Assembly (NCBI GenBank): GCA_965649825.1
Contig: OZ287711.1
Span: forward strand, 45,201 to 109,200
Source: Penicillus capitatus
Lineage: Eukaryota; Plantae; Chlorophyta
Length of the DNA stretch: 64,000 bases
Direction: 5' to 3'
Numbering within the stretch: position 1 is the first letter of the stretch; every line of letters begins with the position of its first letter. Made by a program: the position numbers and the translations under genes. The notes below the pieces were generated by a model. That model saw only the letters and a list, made by a program, of their open reading frames with translations, was not told the DNA's origin and searched no databases. Shown piece after piece: positions 1 through 13,800 of this stretch.

Positions 1-773
1 TCCCACATGAACTCTCCGGTTCAATTGTCGATGTCGATGAGGTGACACAGGCGAAGAAGGCCGTTAGAAATAAGCTACCCTATCTGTCCCATTTGCCAAA
101 ACAAGGTTTCTCTCCCCAAAGAGAGAACACAAAGCTGACAGTGCCGTCTTTCAGCTTCCCTTCGTTTGGTCGAGATTGATCTGACAGAACAGCTCCCGAG
201 ACAATGCTTGACCCCTGTCTTCGTCAAGAGATCGCAAGAACGCAAGAAAACGATGCGGGAGAAAGCATTGGCCCTTCAGCAGCAGAAGGAGAAGAAAGGA
301 GAGGACAGTAAAAAACGCTCACCACTCGATATGAAGAATATGCCACGCCTGTAAGATGATCATCCCATCATCATCATCTCCTCTCAAAGGAAGAACATGT
401 TTGACAGGACTGGATCCGCATCTGCGGACACGACATTCCAGTCTGCCACTCTTGCACAGGCGAGTCGCACCAGCGACCCCTTCTCCTTTGCCAGTGTCAC
501 CAAAAACGGATACGCGCCACGTAAAACGGTTCAGAAATATGCATAAGGCTTATGCTTTTATGTTCATAGGGTCAGTGCCGATCACACATACAACAAATCC
601 AGGTATGGTTGATCAAATGAGTCTCCCGTGCGATGCATCGGGGATTGTCATTTTTAGGGGAGGGCAGTAGGAAAGGACCTCAGCAGCAGAAGGGGCCCAG
701 GAGCAAGAAGAAGAAATCCGGCGGGCGAAAAAAGCAAAGGGTCCTCATGAGCACTGCGGTTACACGAAAGTGA
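1..773 (+). CDS. RNF10: 3' part of RING finger protein 10 / Mag2-like E3 ligase (5' end outside window)
   Basis: Spliced by eye: ...KLPYLSHLPKQ|ASLRLVEIDL..., ...SFASVTKNGYAP..., ending KKKKSGGRKKQRVLMSTAVTRK* (TGA 771-773). Matches recalled RNF10 motifs YLSHLP and the terminal KKKK..LLFSTS. Confidence 0.72.
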
Positions 774-878
774 TCCCCGACGCGTTTCAAGGCCATGCAC
801 TGCCTGCCTGGCAAAAACAGCACGTTGCATTAACATGATGTCGGGTGCGTTTTCTTTGAAAGCTGCTGCGAGAACGTT

Positions 879-1972
879 CTATGATCGATGACTCCTTCGA
901 CTACGTTCACGTTCAAACTCACGCTGATCCTCCAATCTTCCTAAAGGCGAACAAACAAACAGAGATCACATAGGGCTCCCCCATACAGAAGCCAGGAATC
1001 GCTACCGATGAACTGACTTCTCCGTTCTTCCTTCCAACACTGTCGAAGACTGGACTCCATACAGCGATCGTCTAGATCATAGTTATCCCTAAACCTGTAC
1101 CCCACGCATCGTAGAGTTCGATGGAGCACACAGGTCATCAACTGCTGACTTTGATGGATCGTATTTTGTACATTTTCTGAGCGCTGTACGCCAGTCCACA
1201 TCATCCGGACCGTCTTCATCTCCATCGTCGATGAAATCAGCCAGATCCGGAGGAAGAGTAGGGACAGGTCTCCGTCGGACAACAACCCCTGGCCTCTGTC
1301 GATCTGAATGCCAGATACACTTAATCATTATACGCATCTCACTCTTTCTCACTCTGTGATAACCGTTGTCCACTAGCAGGCAGTTCACAAGTGTCTCTTG
1401 CAAAAGAATGTCGACGCTGCTGCAGTCCATCCTCCACATTCCGTTCCGGTTTTCGCTTGATACCTGTGGTCCGCTGCACCACTTGCACCTTCTTCTTGAC
1501 AGGCACATCTCGAGATGGCGACATCTTCTTTATGCCTTCCTCCTTTAGACTGAGTCGCAGTTTCGCCTGCTTCGCCATACGTATCTTCTGAAGACGGTCG
1601 ACGTCTTTCCCTGCTGATTGTGTCTGGCGTGACTGCGGTGGAGCGCTGCCCAGATTTCTGACTGGGGGTAGATTCCTAGCGTAGGGTCTCTGCATTGTTT
1701 CTTCTCTCCGGGAAAGTGTTTTCAGCTTCCTGGTGGCATCTCCTTTCCTTGCCGCACGCTGAGGTGGCGGTGGCGTTTCGCCCTGCGCTACGCCTTCGAC
1801 ATTCTGCTGCTTGCGGACGGCAGCTCTACAGGTCTTGCGCGTCGACAGCGGTCCTCCAAAGAAAGAATGCTCCTCAGACCTGTCGCGTTCAACCACAGTT
1901 GCAAGTCGCCGACAACGCAAACACGCACTTCTGTGAGGGGCCCATTATTTTCTTCAGAACGTTCTGTCGCAT
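879..1972 (-). CDS. SPT2: SPT2-like chromatin protein
   Basis: C-terminal SPT2-type segment DWRTALRKCTKYDPSK|FRDNYDLDDRCMESSLRQCWKEERRSQFIG|RLEDQREFERER*, plus N-terminal HSFFGGP resembling the plant SPT2 GSFFGP motif. Start codon uncertain. Confidence 0.68.
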
Positions 1973-2140
1973 TCCCACAACGAAGTTTCTCTTCTTGGTC
2001 GACGTACTCAGAACACGTGCGTGCCACTCGAATGATCCTTGCATTTATACAGACGATGGATGCCCGTCGCGTCGCGTCGCGTCGAGAGGTGTCTGTCCGT
2101 CGCATCACATTTTTTGTGTTTTGAATGAGTTTACACAAAT

Positions 2141-2164
2141 GCGAGTGCGAGTGCGAGTGCGAGT
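2141..2164. repeat. (GCGAGT)4 microsatellite
   Basis: gcgagtgcgagtgcgagtgcgagt between the PTP1 stop and SPT2. Confidence 0.8.
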
Positions 2165-2332
2165 ACATGTCTCTTGTTCTCCTCGTCGCGCCAATGAAAT
2201 GCCCGAATCCAAAAAGCATTGGCAATACCTCCCCATGCAACAACACGGTTTCTCTTGTTTTATTTCAGTGGACATCATCTTGTCATTGCATCCATCATCT
2301 GTACGTCGTCGTCGTCGTCACTGTGCACGTTT

Positions 2333-3584
2333 TTATTGGCGTGAAAGCACGGCATCCAGTTCCTGAATGATGGTCTGATAACAGAAGTAGTATTGGTCGA
2401 TGGTTTGAACCATCCCCCCACGTTGCGAACGAAAGGCAGTGATCAATCGAGGAATGTTGACGGCGCAGTCGACCTTGTCACGGACGACACCATTCCTCTG
2501 AACGGCTTCGGGACTGAGAGCCATGTCATCCTATCACCCATCACCCAGTCACATCAGACAGAAGCATACGAGGAATATCCTCAAGCAGCTGCTACCTGAA
2601 GTGCCTTGAGTCGACGCAGAATGACATGAATCGTGCAGAAAGCACCCGTTCTGCCAACACCAGCCGAGCAGTGCACAATGATTCTGGACCTCCTTGCAGC
2701 GGATTTCTCTAACATGTTCACGAGATCTCTTGTTGGACGCGTGAATTGGGGGACGCCATGATCCGGCCATTCATGATAGTGATAATGCGAAACCTGAACA
2801 CAAACATGCCACTCCCTACCTCTGCAGGATAGACAGACAGACGCACTTCTATGACTTCGCGTGATGTTTCGTGTTCGAGTCGAAAACGTCGCACGGTGAT
2901 ATCCATGGTGACATCCTCACGTTCCATGAGCTTCACTTGAAGATGCCGTGTACGGATGACATGACCGACATGTCTCGGAAAGTAAACAGCACACTTTTCA
3001 GAGTTGCCCTCGATGAAGCGCGTTAGCATGACAATGGCACGGCACTGGTACTCGTACACCATTTGCCAAAAATCATCTACTGTATCTTTCATGGGACCTT
3101 GAGCAGCAATGAAGGACCAGTCGGGGAACTCGCCTGTCCATGCAAGGAAAAGTTCCACAACAGCACAATGCATGGTGGGTGCTCCACCTGTCTCACCGCT
3201 TGCACTCTCTACGAAACTGGCATTAATGTATGGTCCGCTTCCATTCGCACCCAGCTTCACTCGATTGTAATCAAAGGGAATAATATTTGTGTATCTGTTC
3301 AGCATGGATGCATGGGCACACAGAATTCTCACTCTTCACTGTCACTGTCATTGGTGATGGTGTCACCTGTTCTTGGGATGGGCTCGTTGGGTGATTGCTT
3401 CTGATGTACTAGCGTTGATAGGTATTTGTCTGAGTTGGGCAAATTCGTCATATATGCCCCTTCCTCCATTTTCCATCAGTCTATTCAGTTTACTCTTTAG
3501 TCGTCGGCTGGCCACTTCGACCACTGGCGATTCAGCCTCGAGAAGAGGACTCTCAGTCCAGAGCACGGGCCTTGCTGGCGGCAT
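2333..3584 (-). CDS. PTP1: Classical protein tyrosine phosphatase (PTP1-like)
   Basis: KNR|YTNIIPFDYNRV, YINAS, IAAQGP, EWPDHGVP (WPD loop), VHCSAGVGRTG active site and QTIDQY Q-loop all present after removing about four short introns. Confidence 0.93.
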
Positions 3585-3943
3585 TTTCGAAATAAAGGTG
3601 ACAGCTCAAGCAGAGTGCAGATGAAGGAACAGCTCGATAGCCACACCCAAAGGCGGTTAAGGCAAAACTAGATGACTGACAGAACGAGGTCGTGCAGAAA
3701 GCGCGTCGAGATATGTATGCAGCGTTCGTCGGCGAGAAAGATGCGGTCACTCTCAATAATCAACACGTCGCGAGAAGATAGGCGAGAAACGCAGAGCCGT
3801 CTCTCCGCGAAGCCGGGAACGAATCTATGAAGACACGGAAAAGCACAACAGCTGCGTTATTAAAATTTATGCGTTGTTAAAAGCATCTAGACCATCTGGA
3901 TTGCTGCCAGCACGAACACGAGCCTCTGTGAGCGAATAGTGCC

Positions 3944-6688
3944 ATGGAAGGCCGAAAGAAAAAGACAAGGGAGAAAGAAAGTGCGGTTGGCGATACGGGA
4001 CATGGGGAAGTGTCGCTCAGTGTTGAAGAAACGAACAAACTTCGAGCGTCGCTGGGACTGAAACCATTGGACGAGAAGAAAGAAGACAAGGACTTGCAGA
4101 GACAGCAAGGTGAGAGAGACACTGTCCTTGTCATGAACCTGTGATATCTGAGAATCGTTGGGGGTCAATCAATGTTCAGAGGAAGAGGAGGCAGAGAGAA
4201 AGAACGCAAAGACGACAGCGATACGCGAGAAATTGAGAAAGGCAAAGGAAAAGAGAAAGGAAGATGCGTTCTTTGCTGAGACAAAGACACTCGGTGAGCA
4301 CTGTCTCTGTGTTGGGCCATCACCGTTTCGATCTTGACAGCGAGAACGTGTGAGCAGGAGAGGCTGAGAGTGGCTCAGATGACGATCTGGCAGCCTGGAT
4401 CGAGAAATCGAGAACGACCGTTGCTCCTGTGGAAGATGAAGAGAAGACAGAACGAACGGAGAGGATAACGCCGAAAGGTGTTGTCGATACGGACAAAGAT
4501 ATCTGTCTGAACGTATGGGTGTGGTCGCCAGACGACGATGAGCAGTCTGTCGAGAGCAACGAGGCACCAGATATCGCTCCGGAACTCATTGGCACCAAAG
4601 TTCGTGCCTTTCCCATACTCTCGTCGCATTGAGATGCGGTTTCAGGTGAAACATAAATCGGAGGACATCAAGATCGGAGAGTCCATGATTTTGACACTGG
4701 CTGATCAGCCCATTCTGACCGAAGGAGGTGGAAGCTACCCATGCATATTCGGATGATACCCTGTCGTGTATAGGAGAGCTGAATGTGACAGAAGATGCAT
4801 TGGAGAATGCTCTAAAGGCAGAGGATGCTCGAAGAGAGAAAGCCTACCGTGCATCGAAGCCGAAGAAAGATGAAGTGTACGATGCGTTTGGCGACAAGAA
4901 GAGTCTCTTAAGTAAAGAGGTTGTTTCGAGAATGGCATGTTGCTCGCTGATCTCGGTGTCCATGATGAAGGCAAGTACGACGAGGAGGAGGACGAAGCAA
5001 TGGTATTGGATCCATTTGGAGGCGTATCTCTGGATACACTTAAGCCTGGCTCTTCTGTTCGTCCGGAGACGCTGCAGACGACCATGCGTTTGATTTCAGA
5101 CTATCAGTCTGCAGATCCCGAGGGGCACGATCGTCCGATCAAACGGAGACGGCAGAAGCTGCGAAAGAAGAAAGAGACGGAGGTGCTTGACATTGTCGGT
5201 CAGTTGGAGGCCTCACAGAATGATGGCAGTGGAATGGGTAAAGGCCAACGAACTTCTCTCGGTCATCGAACCTCCTGTTGCAGATTGGGAGGCAGATCAC
5301 GGATCACGATCGGAACGCCATCGTCGAATTCAGCAGGAAGAGCAAGTGATGCAGGAAGTCAAAGAACAGAAGACACGTCGATTTGACAAGGCCTTGGAGA
5401 GGGCCAACCTGCAGGCAATGAAACTGAAGCTTCTCAAAGAGGGGGACGAAGTGCGCCGACAATTCTCTCGTTCAGAGAAGACGCGGTGACGGTGATGCAT
5501 CTAGGGTGAAGATGAAGAGCTGTACGAGGCATTGAACAAAGCTCAGTTGGCGGCGAGCGAGCAAACCAAAACACGGTTCACACACATGGCCCAGGATGCT
5601 CAGCAGAGACAGACAAAGACTGAGCCGATGCCAGAGAACAAAGAAGTCGGTCTTTAGTCATGCCTTCCAAACACCGTGTTATCTTTGCTCTATGGATGCA
5701 GTTGGTGTTCACAGACACGACTGAATTCTGTCGCCTGTTTTCTACTGAGAACACAGAAGTGAAGAAGTTGCCACTGGAGAAGACGGAGGAAGAAGACATG
5801 GATGAAGGTATTCTCGCGAGCATAACATTGTCTCTGACGGAGATTGGGTGTTGTCTAAGCAGATGTGGTGCCCTCTGATCATTTCAAGAAGGACAGGCGA
5901 CGTTATCTTCGCTCCAAAGGGCCACGTGATCTCGAAGAAGGTGGTGCGAAGGAGAAAGAGACAAAACAAGAACAGCTCGGTGAAACAAATGCCCTCATAC
6001 GTGGCAGGCAATTCAAATGCTCTTCGGCAGGTGCTTTGAGAGAACCGGTCCTTGGACCAGGTCTGGCCACGGCACTCAGTACGCTGCGTGCCAAGGGCGA
6101 TCTGAGGGAGAAGTTTGAGTGGGTCGGACGTACAAATGACATGAAGAAGGTGGATGCACTCCGCGTCATCATCCGTCTATGCTCACAGAATGCATTGCTC
6201 GCTGTTTAGAGTCGTTTGATTGGCGTGGATGATTTCTACACGTGTGGAGAGGTGGAGGATCGAATGGAGAAGAGCATTGAGACCGCTTTGACACGAAAAG
6301 ATCATTTGGGACGTGTTCTGACGCCAAAAGAGGCGTTTCGTGAGATCAGTTATGCCTTTCACGGCAAGGGACCTTCTCAGAAGACGCTGGAAAAGAGAAA
6401 GCGCAAGATGAATGAAGACTTTCTGGCCACCAGATCCAACTTGGATCAGGAATCGCAGCTCGACCGACTGAGGGCCGTGCAAAAAGTCTGCCTCTACATA
6501 TACAAGGATGTGAAGGATAATGGTATGCGGTATAGGTCCAAGGAAATGCATATGTTGTTCTGTCTGGAGCTGAGCAACCTGGAAAAGAGATACCGGCCAA
6601 GAAGAAGAAGACGTCTAAGAAATCAAAGAGCCAGAGTGCGTGTTTCTTAGAGCGCGTTTGTGAATACGTGCAATGGAATGTTGTGTAG
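3944..6688 (+). CDS. SART1: U4/U6.U5 tri-snRNP-associated protein 1 (SART-1/Snu66)
   Basis: HIND motif SLSVEETNKLRASLGLKPL, ILTLADQPIL, GLATALSTLRAKG, GRVLTPKEAFREISYAFHGKGPSQKTLEKRKRK. Many short introns; last exon boundary approximate. Confidence 0.92.
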
Positions 6689-7113
6689 CGGCTCCAAAGG
6701 ATTCCTTCCCTTCATTGACGCCCATTCTTGACAGAGGAGACCCGAATGCTCCCTTGGAAGGTAAACCTTCATTCTGTCGTGTCTGGAGCGAGCGGGTGAT
6801 GCTGTTTTAGGCAAGAAGAAGGTGGAGGCCATGTTTGGAATTCTTCCATCGAAGGAATAGCTCAACAGAATCTCATGTTATACAGACACAGGAAAAACGT
6901 GCCATGCGGTTGGATGCATCGATCAGATCTAGCTGGTGTAAAAAGTCGGACGCATCTGTCCAGACCAGTCCACGTTACGCTCTTCCTGTTCTCTGTCTAT
7001 CTCACGTTGCCGCTCTTCACGCTCTGCTCTTTTGAGTCCTCCAGGAGCCAGAATGCCGACCTGCCACACAAAACCACGTCCATGAGATAGAGCCGGTGTA
7101 TAGGTGAATGTGA

Positions 7114-10100
7114 TCATGGAGATACCGATCGTCCTTGGACGCGTCTTCCGTAGTTTAGTGATGCACACAGATCCGCATCGAAACACCCAAGGCGTTCGAG
7201 GGAGCGTGCCACGTCTCGCTGTTCAACATGTGTCAAGCTCCGTCGTCTCTCTTCTTTGAGGAGCTAATGTCAAGAACAAGACGGTCGTGGAGATGGAATC
7301 TTCTCTGCTGATCACAGACCTCGTCCTTAATGGTGTTGAGGAATGCATCGTCACGTAATCCTTGAACGGCGGCCACAGAGATGAGACGCACGAACGGGAA
7401 GTTTAGCAGACTGCTCACTTTCTTGGGATCCCGCAACAACCTAGACCAACAGAAGGGGATGCAGCATGGCCCGTGCTCATCTGACTTGATAATCTCCATG
7501 AACTGTACGAAGTGGACGACGTCTGCCCGTATGCAGCCAAACATGAGATCGATGAGCGTGGCGGGCTTCATGACTTTGATGCGTAGCCCAGTTGCCTCCG
7601 CCAAGTACACACTGAAGAACATGGAGTCGTAGAACTGCAGTCGACACAGGGCAAGAGTGGCCATAGAGATGGCGGCAGGAGTAATTTGGCGAACACGATG
7701 AGGTCGAGCAAGTTCCTGACAGGCAGGCGAGAGCACGTCTTCCTTCTTGTACTGCAGCTGACTGCAGGCATTGATAATGTTGGCCAAACCTACATCCCCA
7801 TATCACCCACTGTCCATACAGGCGTTACACAGAGATCAGCTGATCTACTCTGTGCAGAATATCGCTCCATGCGATCGGCCCTGGACGCTTCCGTCATGAC
7901 CGACGTGACAAATCTCGCATCCTTGATCTGTGAGCACACAACCAAGCATACAGGTCACTTCATTGGCCTCGATGGTGACGCACCCCTAGACAGCCCATTC
8001 CGTAAACGATCGACGAGAGGTCGAAATCTGAGAAAGAATAGAGTCTGTCGGGATCCACGACCTCGTCCATGATGAGCTGCAGCGAAGAGAGATCGTCATA
8101 GCGACTGGCACCGAGTGCATAGAAGATATTGGCCAAATGCATCTTCTTCAGATTCTTCAGTCTAGGAACCAGGCATCCCACCATCAGACGACGTGCATCT
8201 CATCTCTATCCCGACCTCTTTGGACTGCTCAGTTCTCCCAGAACGGCATTGAACAGGTGCGAATTTGAAAAGCGCATCGAGGAGAAGGACGAGAGCAGAT
8301 GTGTTAAGCTGCTCTAAAACACATGCCCTTCGAGTGCTTCTACAGTGACGTGCTGGATGGTTATACGTCTTGCATTTGTTGGATTCTTCCTGGCCGCATG
8401 ATCTCCGTGATGAATGCATTGATGATTGCCGGTTCTCTGTATCTGCACATAGCCATGCCATAGAGAATACTTGTCAGATCCTGCTCGACGTAGTTTCTGA
8501 GATGTCTCTCTTCTGCAGCAACCGTAGCGATCATGCCAACGAGCCCTGGCTCGGGGTACCTCAAGTTGCCGAGAGACCACATAATATTGGCAAGGTTTGA
8601 ACTGGGGTACTCGTCAATATGCGCAACAACCTCTTTCAGCAACGTCGTCGTTTCATGTGGAGCCCAGAAACGTATGTAGCCGACAGCATAGATCGCAGCA
8701 CTGATGTTATGTGTTTCCAGTCTAGGAACAGCATCTCATCCACACGCATCCCGTGTGTCATGGGCCCGTCACCGTGGGAGGACAGCGTCTCCAGAAATCT
8801 CTTGAAGAAGCTTGCCCATGATGTCTCGATCGTTGAACTTGAGAAGAGACAAGCCATAGAGCACATTGACCATCATCGAAACGCTGTAGTTCTCCATACG
8901 GACAGGATGGACAGCTTCTTTCGCCAGTTTCTGAATAAAGGCGAAATCCAGTCCTCTGTCCCACGTGTCTGGATTGCGTTCCCTGTACTGAGCAGAGCTG
9001 CCCACGCGATTGAGGATGCCAAACGAGTAGATGACGCATGTGATATCTAAATCGGTACATGCTTCCAATACCTACGGAGAAGAGCATTGCCAGAAAGAGC
9101 GTGCATCGGCTGAGTGACCCTTGGATCATTGAACTGCGTTTCCCACTGTTTCAGAAGTGGCGGATGCAACAATCGCATTTTGGCACAGGCATGAAGGATG
9201 TTCGCCAGACCGATGGGCATCATCTCATGTGCATGTTGGACAGCCGCTTCAGCCATCTCGAAGAGTACATGGTTCGGGGGAGGAGGCCTCACACTCTTGA
9301 TGGCAAAGAAAGCCTGACAACAGGACGAGATTCATAGAGATAGGGCGGCAAGGATAGAGTGACATGAGATATGTCTTCGGCGATGTTATCTCCGGCGAGA
9401 TTCTGAAATGCCTCGTAGATTTGGCGCCAATTTGTCATATAACGAAACCCAGGTCCTCCTCGGCTTTGGCGAGAATACGTGCCCAATGGCTGTTGACTAT
9501 GCATAAAGCTACCGACAGGCTGCACTCCATCTTCATGCACAAAGGATCTCGCCCCTGGCAGACAAATCCTCACCTGATCTGAACAACTGAGTGACACATA
9601 CCGCCTCCATCCTCCGTAGACGTTGCACTTGTGTCTCCCAGATCAGATCCGATGGACATTGCATTTGCCTGTGAAAAGTCGGAGAGGAGGGGGATTGGAA
9701 GATGACCTTACTGCCGCGGCCAATGTGGATTTCATTCTCTCTCCGCCCATGTACCTTATAGCGTCCGTCTTGGCAAGATCAGATTCCAGCACCGGACGTG
9801 TGTCTAGCGATCCATCTGTCTGTTTCTTCGGCTCGATATGTGGACGCCTCCAAGCCATGGCATATCTGCAGGGAAAGCTATCTATTCGGTGCGCCATCGT
9901 TGGAGGTACTGACCGATCTCTTCGAATCGTCGGACGTGTCCGGTCAAACTTCAGTCCTGTGTCATACTGTCGTCCTAGGTACAGAGCCGGCAGGCGTTCC
10001 AATCCGTAATCTGGATTCAGTCTATCGGGATTGGGCACTCGGGATTGTGGAACAGGCCTCTCATCCAGTCGATCGCCTATTGACCATCGTTAAAGGTCGC

Positions 10101-10655
10101 GCGTCCAGCGGCATCAGGTTTTCTACCCAGAATTCGAATGTTTGTTGAGCTTCCTTTTCCAAGTTCACTCAAAGTTGATCTTGATTCATGGTCATAGACC
10201 ATTTCTGCGGAAAGGTCTTCGGCAATGGCCCCGCCGCCAGAGAAGTTCATTTGCTCGAAGAATTTCGTGGATGAATACTCCTTATCAAATACATACTTCT
10301 TTCGGCCGTCGAGGTTACTCAACCAAGTGCCCCATTTCTTCTCGCCCTCTTTCTGATAGGAAGAAAGCTCAAATTCTCACTCATTTCTCACACAATACCT
10401 TACAGGGGATGGTGGTTTATTGTTCTGTCTGTACTTGTCCTGCCACTTTTCATTCGCCACTTTCCTTTCGCAGACGAGACGGTCTGCCAATGTCTGTGAC
10501 TCGATCAACTGCTTCGTTTGGAGTTTCTCTGACGGAGACACGCGCTTGTGTGGATCATCCAAGTCCTCTTTAAGATAATCAAAATGCCCGAACCGCACAG
10601 AGTGTGATAGATCCAGACCGAATACCACACATCGATCCAGCACACGTGGAAACAC
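7114..10655 (-). CDS. Large helical-repeat (OPR/FASTK-like) protein, probably organellar RNA-binding
   Basis: Repeated ~38-aa units such as LANILHACAKMRLLHPPLL, LANIMWSLGNLRYPEPGL, LTSILYGMAMCRYREPAI, LANIFYALGASRYDDLSSL, LSSIVYGMGCLG, MANIINACSQLQY. The 5' exons I traced (10655 to about 9340) join in frame; true ATG not found. Confidence 0.72.
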
Positions 10656-10887
10656 GCGTTGCGTCGACGGCTGGGCACGCCCGTGAATGGAAACACAGTG
10701 CGCCGAGAATGGGTTAAGAGCTCACGTTCGATAGGCCGGATAGAATGTGTTTTAGCGTTGCTGCATAAGGGGGAGGCGTCTGCTTTGCACGTCTCCACGC
10801 CAACATTTTTCGAAGGGGTCGAGGATCGGATCGCGTGAAAAGACAGGACGAAGAGCGTCGTGGAATGACAGAGGCATAGGAGGAGGG

Positions 10888-13800
10888 TCATGATGACAAG
10901 GGGGATCGGCGTTCTCTTTCACACATGCCACAAACGGTGGCTCCACTGGGGTACTTGTAGAAGATTCTGCCGCCGAGAGGCTTACGACAGAGCACGCATT
11001 CTGTCTCGGCATCCACATACACCCTCCCTGCTATACTGGACTCCAGATCGTATCTGATATGCCACAGAGTTTCTGAGAGTCAAGGGGAATGACGGAGATC
11101 ACTTTTCAGCTTTGTACAGAACGTTTTGGAGTTTCTGCAGATGATGCGTGATCTTCGTCTGTCGTTTTCTGTGCGTTCGTTCTCTTAGCATCTGTGCAAG
11201 TGTGGGATAGGCTAAACTCAATGGCATGGTCTCCGAAAGAGCATCCAGCACACGCATCGGATCCAGATGACCACTTTCTGCATTCAGTACCTGCAACCAC
11301 CTCGAAGGAGAAGGAAAGCTTCGCAGAAGACGAATGACCTGTACAGCATCGGAGAAGAGTGGCTCCATACCGTCTCCTGGCTGTAACAGCATGTCTAATA
11401 GACTGATAAATCCTTCACTTCCTGCATAGAGCTTGCAGTACCTAAGTCAAACGCATCACGCCGCATTTCGAATAGGGTTTTCACGACCTGATGGCAGACC
11501 GAACATCACGGAGTTTGAGGGAGAGCACTCTGAGTGCTCGAACATGATCCTGGAGTCGACAGTGGAGGATCACCTGAATGCCCAATACCCGCTAAGAGAG
11601 ACAACACACGGAGTGCGGCTTCTGTGTACCTGTTCTTCATGAAGACATGTTCCTTCGATGTAATGCAGGACTTCCAATGCATCGTACCCCTGAAGTCGTT
11701 GTCAGTGATGTGACAGGCAACAATGGGCTCAAAGCACTTTGGATAGGAGCAGATGGTGCTGCAAGATATCTCTCAGATCCTGTCCAGTGAAGAGATTCAG
11801 TTCATCGGGCTCGAAGAACGCTTTGGGTGGTTCTGTGTGTTCCATCACCAGCTTTGGTCTCAAGGATACATCAAAGCTCAGAATATTCTTCTGAGATCGC
11901 GACATCTGGCTACCCGGATGTCGATAGTAGTCATCATCCGATGCAAACATGAATGGCATCTGATCGATGCAGTGCTCTCAAATCGGACAGGGTACAAACA
12001 TTCATACGAGGGCACCTTCTGCGAATGCTCGTCGAAATCTGAGTGTCCTTCCAGGAGCTGACAGAGGGACAGCGCAAGTCTCGTGTGATAATGTCCCTCT
12101 TGTGTTGGATGCCGTCCTGTGTGTACAAGATGATGCAGATACCTGTCGTTTGTTCGACACTCCGAACTGTCACCTCATAGATGCATCTCACCTGAAGCGC
12201 AAGTTCTCCTTGTTCTCCGAGATAAGGTTCAGGACCAGAGGCGCAGACAAAGGACACGACTGAAGTCACATCTGAACTTTCAACGATATTTGCATGAGAT
12301 CACTGTCGCTTACTTGGCACACGTATAGAAATCGGGCAGGAGATATGTTGACCAACCACCTGAGATGTTCTTCGACGAGCCTCGTCTCCACGCCTGGATC
12401 AATCTGCAAGGCACATGGAGTGGTTTTGCCGTTTGGAGGGAGTTTAGGATACGGACAAGGATGCAGGATGTATAGAAAACAGCGACTCTTTCTTGTTTTC
12501 CGTTCGCCGATCGAACGCTGCCGTTCTTTGACTTGACCTCCAGACACTTGCGGTAACTGAGATCTCTGAGGATTCCCAGTGCCTCTTCAAAATGATGCTT
12601 CCTCCAGCACAGAAGAGCTAAAGAGACAAACTGCTGGTGACGAAGCAAGAGGCCTCGGACATCGTCCATCTCGGCCTGAACCAGGATCCACACACGTGGT
12701 AAGACGGTGTAAAGCATGAAAGTCCTCACTCTTTGTTCTGTTTGCAGAAAAGCTTCCAGCCGTGAGAGATCCATGACAGATGAGAGCAAGCTGACGATCA
12801 AGGTATCCACTCCTTCAAGGCAGTGGACATTCGGCCAGTCTCGAACCTGGTGCCATGGAACAGTCGATAGATGCGAAGAGTTAACCATCGTCTCTATCAC
12901 ACCTTCAGCAAGTAGGTGGCAATGTGTGCTTGTGCTGCCTTCTCTTCTGGCATGTCTCTGCCACTCGTGCCAGATTCCATATCCATGCGATCGATCTCAT
13001 CTCCTACACAATGCCGACTGTCAGCAGACGGAGGAGGAATGCGGACTGGGTACTTGGTCGATGCATGGCAAAGAATTTCAGATCGGTCAGCTCAACATGC
13101 AGTCCCCAATAAGATTTCAAACACACCTGAGAAGAGAGGGACCTCGTCAGCTACCTCCTTGTGCCTGCATGGTTTCTCAACACGGACCTGATCTGCCCAT
13201 TTCTTGGTGTATTTTGGAAACAAAGGGAAAAGCTGTGATGGTTGAAACACGGACGTTGTGCATCGCTCGAAGCACTCCAATGCAAACTGCCACTGGCGAT
13301 CTAGAGACTCGACCACCACTTCTCACTCCCACGATTGCCCTTCAAAGGAAACTTGCCTTGTAGAAGGAGCAAGCCCGCTTGTGCGAAGACGTCTTCTGCC
13401 CATGATTCTGCAATGCAGTTCTCTGCCAATTCCAAAGCGGCCTCGATGCTCCCGCTCTTCAGCAGCTGAATCGTCTGTGCCTCATGAGCCACAGGTCGAA
13501 GCATCCAGACACATTGAGCAGACGCCAACAGAATCGTGGAACCAGATGGCGTATCGGCAGAGTGCAATGTGATGGTTTCTTGTTCGCTCGTGAACAGATC
13601 TACGTCATTCTTTTCTCCATCGGTAGGATGCCGCAGAGTTATATCACACTTTTCAAAGTGAATGGAATGCGTTGCACCAGTTTACTCGTTTTCTGGTCAA
13701 AAATAGTGATGCCGTCCCCCGAGTTCACTGAAAGACACGTCCAAAACACAACGAATCTGAGAGAGCACCGCTCTTTATCCCGGAGATGCTCACCGGACAC

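Noticed and set aside
9580-9740. Possible GC-AG intron (ACAG|GCAAAT) in the helical-repeat gene
   Set aside because: A canonical 43-nt GTAAGG...CACAG intron just upstream restores the frame without a non-canonical site.
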